A DNA stretch of 64,000 nucleotides from the human T2T-CHM13v2.0 reference genome, Homo sapiens. The notes below the pieces were generated by a model. That model was given only the letters and a program-made list of their open reading frames with translations, searched no databases and was not told the DNA's origin. Both the position numbers and the translations under genes were made by a program. The number at the start of each line of letters is the position of its first letter. The stretch's first letter is position 1. The DNA lies in assembly GCF_009914755.1 (NCBI RefSeq), contig NC_060926.1. One strand, 5' to 3'. This document shows, piece by piece, positions 57,471-64,000 of this stretch.

Positions 57471-59639
57471 ATGAATTTGTGTGCAAGTTCAGACTTCTGT
57501 GAATGTTATTTTTCAATATTGAAAGAGTCATTTGACATGTGGTGGAATATGAAAGAGTGTTTCAAACATGGATGAACATTCCAGGAAATTAGTTCATCTT
57601 CTGTTGTATAGAAATCTATGGTGAGTCAAAGTTGGGGTTGACTAACCTATTTGATTTCACATTAGAAGGGGCCAGTTGGCATGCTGGGTTAAGGATGGGG
57701 AGGCTGCTTCTGGATGCAGTGGGAAGTGCTGGGATTAGCTGGGTCTGCAGGTTCTGGAGGGATGATTGGTAACATACATTCCATGCATTTGCCAGCCCTC
57801 TACTCTATCTCATAGCTAAGCTCTTTAATCTAGTAATGTTTTCTTCCATTCCTTTTTATGCTTAATATGGACAAAAGAATCTGTAAAATAGTTAAAATAC
57901 TCAAATCTGATGTTAACATATTTTCAGGGATGATCAATTCATACTCTGTGTATTTATTGTTTGAAAATATTATGCTTCAATGGATATGGTAGAAAATTTA
58001 AGGAAAGCATTCATTTTAAATAAATAGAGGAAGTAAATTTCTGATAGCTTCTTTTGTCTATTAACAATTCCTGGTTTTCTGTGTACTGGTTGGTTTTAAT
58101 TGTTGCTGTGCAGTCTTGTTCATCCTGTAGCTGTAAGGCATTTTAAAGTATTTATTTCAAAATATTTCAATGGTTCAATAAAAAAGCATTAACAAAGTAA
58201 ATCTATTTAAAAATCAAAACTGCTTAATTGTGCAGAGGCTGGGTGGGTGAGTGTTTGGAACATTGTTATTGCAGCCAAATGTTTATTTTTCACAGCTGTG
58301 GTACAAATCTTGGCCCTCTGTGCTCAGATCTTACCTCACGTTCTTCCTCTATTAAATGCATCTAAGAGTGTGTGATGGGGATGGAGACAACCTATTCTGG
58401 GAACCCAAAATCTATGGCTCTGCATTGACTTCTGTATTGGAAGGGTCAGTAAATTTTGTATTTCTCTCTGTGTGTCTTTCCATTACTTTACTGCAGTGAG
58501 GATTTTGTGTCATCACGAGATGTTGAATTAATGATAGCAGGTGATATCCTTAGGAAAGACTTTGTATTTCAGAAATATGTGAATTCACCTTTTGAAGGGC
58601 ATAAATCCAGCTTAACCATGAACATAATATAGACTTACATACAATTATATTCCCTTTTTGGCAAGTGGACTGATTTTCCAAGAATGGTTCCGATATAATT
58701 TTCAACTGAACAGAGGGTCATGGTGACTTACATGGCAGAATGAAATCAATGTGCACTTAAATAATACAATTGAATCAGCTTTTCTGGATCACTCCATTCC
58801 ATTTTAGAATTCTTTTCTTTGGGCTCAGGAGAGAGAGGTCAGAGGTATTCATAGAATGTTAGGGAATGATCTTTATTAATATTGTCAATACTCTTAGCCT
58901 GTTCCTCCAGGATTGTTCATGTTAAACCAGACTTACCAAAGTTCTGTTTATAAGAATTACATAAATGGAGATATATAATATCTTTTAGTTATTTTGAATG
59001 AATGCCACTTTTCTTAAAAAAAAACCTCAGACTCCTAGGGGTGATAACTCAGGCAGAGGACCCAAAGATATTGGTTACATTAAGCAAATAGAAGGGTCTT
59101 AAATCTTTAAAAACTTGATATAAGAGCAATAAGCATTTGTCTTTATTCACTTAATTATTTAACAGATTTCTACTAAGTGACAGGCATTGATCATTTTGAA
59201 ATCACAAGGGTATAAAACCACAGCATTTGGCAATGTTGTTCGTTAAGCATAGAAAGAGCTACAACAGTGATTCACATGCACACTTTTCCCATGAGTTTTG
59301 TGTGGTTACTTTTTTTTGAATTTGTTCTGGTCCATTCAAATTATTCTGAAAATACGTGAGTGCCCTGCATTAAAAACAATGTTCAAAGTGTGATTATACA
59401 CAGACTAAAGTAGGTCTCACTTCTTGATGTCTTATGTCTATTAAGATAGAATGCAGTAGCATTAGCTTTGGGGGAACTCTTGATTTACACTGAACTTTGC
59501 AATAAAATGAAACCTTATCAGATATATTTTCATGTGTATAATTCTGTTTATTCTATTTTGTTGCTGCCTCTGTGAAATCGGGGTTTTGGATCTAAGTAAA
59601 GGACCTAAATGAAATGAAGGACTTTACTTTTGTCTTTAT

Positions 59640-59760
59640 TTTAATATATATAAATTTATGTGTAAAGATTACATAAAATAAAAAGGTTATGTATAAAGAT
59701 TGAAAGAGATTATATATAAAGATTATTTATATAGAATACATATATATTTATATATATAAA
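59640..59760. repeat. AT-rich low-complexity / (TA)n tract
   Basis: Read directly from the sequence. Confidence 0.7.
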
Positions 59761-60859
59761 GGGTGAAGATTTGGACCATTATTCTAGCCTATTGAGAGCC
59801 TTCAGATCTTGCTCTGGAATACCACATTTATTTTACTCTCTTAGTGTCAGGTCTTTGGTATTTTTTAATAACCATGCCAACAAAGTCCTCATTCATATTT
59901 CTGAGTAGGACAAATCCAAGGACAAAGTAATGAACAATACCTCTCACTACTTCCCTTGGGTTTATATTCATCATGATTGGCATTCTTTTTTTTTTTAAGT
60001 AGGTACAAATCTGCAAATCTACCTAAGTATACTACAGTCCAGTTTATATTCTTCTTGTCATCAACTTATTTATCCATCATTCCACCCATAAACCAATCAA
60101 CATTTATGAGATGTCTCCTGTGAATCACATACTGTGCCACTTTTTGAAATAAAATGTAGAGAAGTTACAGGCCTTTGTAGAAGAGAAAGTGGCATAAAAG
60201 GATAATTTTAAGATATGTGACAAATTTAAGCCAGTTTTGAGGACTACTGCTATAGATATAATTTATTTAAGATGGAGGTTTTCTGGCAAGGTGGGATGTG
60301 ATTCTATGGGAATCTGGGCTGCTGGTGATAGTTCTTGTGAACAACTGTGTTGTCCAGATTGGGCTGCGGGTGGAAGGGTGGGTGGGGAGTGTGGGAAGGA
60401 AGGAGAGGAAGAGAGAGGGAGAGAGTACAAGCCTAATAGACTGGGAGAAATGTAGCTATCAGAGGAGTAGAGGTCTTAATATGTGTCAGGGCGGAGAGTG
60501 AGAAAGCTGGAAAGATAGGAAATGGGGATTGGTGGTTGTGATTGTGGTGATGGGGGGTGAATTTTAGATGTCAAAGATGAAGACAGGGTTTAATGTGTGG
60601 ATAGGGGAGACGATGGAAGAGCTGGAGGGGAAGTGGAAGTCTCAGCATTGAGGATGTAGAATAATTATTATGCAGGGATGCTGAGTAGGCTCTGTGAATG
60701 TGGTGAGAGTTGCCTTAGACTTGGGATGTCATGAAGACCACAGGCCAGGTATCAGTGAGTATGTGGAAGTGACTAGGCGATCTTTATAAAACAAGACAGG
60801 CGTAAAATCTGGAAGTAGCCCAAGGAGTAACATATTCACATCTGAGACAGAGATTGTGA

Positions 60860-61310
60860 GTTGACTTTCCATATCTGCTCTTCCTTAAAAATATAAGCAT
60901 AATTTTTAGCTGAGCACATGGCCACCCAGAGCAAGACTACATTTCTCAGACCACCTTGCAACTAGTGTGACCATGTGACTAAATTCTGTCTAATAGAGTA
61001 TAAGTGGATGTGGCACATGCACCTGACACAAAGCCTCCTTAAAGAGAGAAAAAACAAGCCCTTTGTCTTCTTGCTAACTTCAATATGTTTGTGCTCTCTT
61101 GTAAAGTGACAGCCTTCTTGTACCATGAGGCAGAGGGCCCTGCTCAGGATGGTGGACCAGTAAGATAACAGTAACCTGGGTTCCTCCTGAGTTTGTGAAG
61201 CCCACCTCAAGGTATTTTTTATTTTTATGTGTGAGAGAAATACATTGTCTTATCTTCTAAAGCCATTGCTATCTTGGGGATTCTGTCACTCACAGACAGA
61301 CTAATCCACA
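60860..61310 (+). mobile_element. Old MaLR LTR (MLT1-like)
   Basis: tgtgaccatgtgactaaattctg ... aagccattgctatcttggggattctgtcactcacag. Confidence 0.6.
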
Positions 61311-61859
61311 TGTCTTGGATTGGGAGGAGGGAATAGTTGGCATCAGCAGGGGAATAGGCAATATCTCTAACAGGCAGTCAGATTTCAGTTTAAGTCAGAA
61401 GTTGGAAACAGTATTCTGAGAAGAGCTATAGATGCTTAAGGGCTGTTTGACCTGGAACAAGGCTGTCAGAAGGTACAGTGGAAAGGTTTGGAGGGCAGGG
61501 AGCAGAGGAAGACAGTTGCCAGGGAGAACAAGGATGAGGAAGAGCGTTTGGGAATGCATAGGTAGGAATTTACATTTTTGGCAACGATCAAAGGAGTGGG
61601 GATGTGTCGCATTGGTGGTGGAGGCTAGTCTCCAAGATTCAAGCAGATGTTTGATGTAGTTTGTATTGGTCCAGATGCATATGTGGAGGAAAGGCCTGTT
61701 GGTGCTGGAGCCAGGGCAGGAATAGGCCCTGGTCTAAAGGGACCCCACAATAAACTGTCAGATGTCCTGCAAGTATTTCCATTAATAAGACTGGGCACAG
61801 TATTCGAAAAGGAAGTAAGAGTAGTCTACTGTCCATCATTCTGAGACAATCCATGGTGG

Positions 61860-62340
61860 TTTCTGATGATCTTTACGTTTCTCTAAGTGCCCATGGGCCA
61901 TCTCTTTAAACATCAAATTCAGGAATTTTCCTTTGGATTTGAGATTTTGAGCTGTACTTGTTCACTATCTGGACAGAACTGGGTCTCTTTATTACCTATT
62001 TCTACATATATGTTCCAGCATCACATTGTCTTCATTACCTGTGATCGTTAGAAACAATTTGTGGTTTTCTGTTCCCCCTAGAATTTTCTTCTGCATTTCT
62101 TGCATATATTCAGAATCTGCATTTTATTTTGCTTATTCAGCTCTTATCTTTGAATAATCTGATTTTTTTTCCAATTTATGATGGTTACTTTAAATTATTT
62201 TCTCACATTTACTCCCAGCTCTTCTACCAGTTTGGTGATGCATTCGCTTCTTCATCTGTAATTCTTATTAACACTTTGAAACTCCTTTACATCAATTTTG
62301 TCTTTATAATTATAATGGAACAAGAGTTTTCTTGACTTTT
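61860..62340 (-). mobile_element. Ancient L1/HAL1 ORF1-like remnant
   Basis: The minus strand is A-rich and gives short peptide traces (RITDE, ITKLVEEL, KIPEF) reminiscent of the L1 ORF1 coiled-coil/RRM region. Confidence 0.35.
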
Positions 62341-63370
62341 CTTTTTTGGTTCCTGATGTATTCCAATAGAATATGACTTTGATATTATGGAATGGATAGA
62401 AAGTGGTGGAACAAGAAATGGATAAATAAGCATAGTATAATAAATGAGAAGAGTTTCTCCAGCAAAGAAGAAAATAATTATCTACTTAATTTTTGGTACT
62501 GGTTTAATTATTTTTGGTCCCTATGTATGAATGAATAGACATAATAAATAGTTTATAGAGTAAAACTTTTGTTTCCTTTCTAAATGCTTAAGAAAGGATT
62601 CGACTATCGGCATGCAATTTTACTAAATAAATGTGAGTGAATGACATAGGAATGATTGAACTCTGGAAAAAATTTGAAAAATTGAACAAAGCCTTGTAAC
62701 TTAGTTTCTGGAATGCCAGGGACATGATATAATCTTGGGGAAAACATTGTGTGCATAAAGATCATAATTAGATTTGCTAAACCAAGTATCTAAAGGATTG
62801 GCTGAAAAATCCTCCTGAACCCCAGGCTGGTGGAAATGAACAGGTCGTCGGGAGACTGCTGCCCTGTGGTTAACCACTTAGGGATTAGGTTCTGGATGTG
62901 GTGCCTGTTAGAGCAGTAGAGTAATTATGCATTTCCTGTAAGACTGGGATTCTTGAGAGCATTCATTAGCTCTTAGACAGATTCTTCTCTGTGAAGAAGA
63001 ATAAACAAAAATAGATTTTACTTTAAAAATATTTAAAACTAAATAGTTATAGAAAATATGAACCTAAGCACCATTAGCATTCCCAAATTTCATTTCTCAT
63101 CCTTGTCAATAGATAGATCTGACTTGTTACTCAAAATCCCTGCCATATTGTGGCTGCTTTGTATGCTTGGCATTGCTTTGCTTCTTATCAAAGGAATTTT
63201 AAGGAGGATGAGGCATGTATGAAATAGCAACTCCAACAGTTGCTATCAAAACAATAAGAAATTATTGTTGTATCATTATTCTGGCTTGTCATGGAATTTT
63301 TAATGTTTAAGAATTTTGATTTTACAAGCTTATGGCATGGAAACCATGGTTAATATATTAAAATAAAGGT

Positions 63371-63748
<378 letters not shown>

Positions 63749-64000
63749 TCAGATAAATACAGTTGAAGACGTTTAATTCTCACAGTGAAAATTAGTAAGA
63801 GTGTAGCTGTTTTTTTCCCCCACATGGGAGTTTGGTTAAGCATAGGAATACTTAGAAATTTGTATGCACTTAGATCAAACAATAAAAATTATTTACTCTT
63901 AGCTAATCTAGTTAATTATTGCTTTATGTTTGGTGCTGAAGCTGTTGGATTCTTTGGGGCTGGAGACAGGGAGTGAGAACAAAACCATGAACTAGGCCAT

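Noticed and set aside
61639-61854. Pro-rich minus-strand ORF as a possible second processed pseudogene
   Set aside because: I could not match it to a parent gene, no poly(A) or TSD was seen, and the adjacent sequence looks like an ancient L1 ORF1 remnant.

Overview
This is human/primate genomic DNA with no credible protein-coding exon. It contains a CpG-island promoter and a non-coding first exon on the + strand (splice donor GAG|GTGAGC at 7155/7156), then about 57 kb of first intron. From recalled sequence and the position of a thioredoxin retrocopy about 30 kb downstream, I identify the locus as the 5' end of LYPD6B (chr2q23) with TXNP5 in intron 1; this was not verified by a search. The rest is mostly interspersed repeats: about 20 Alus, long antisense L1 fragments, an LTR2B solo LTR, MaLR LTRs, MIR, L2 and hAT MITEs, plus a 35-nt U2 snRNA retro-fragment. 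The supplied ORFs appear spurious or repeat-derived. I found no convincing new gene system. The most unusual signal is a cluster of local copy events at about 40.5-51.3 kb. It includes tandem duplications, a 250-bp dispersed duplication carrying splice signals, and two patchwork insertions apparently templated from sequence 0.5-2 kb away. An Alu with a small 5' inversion is also notable.
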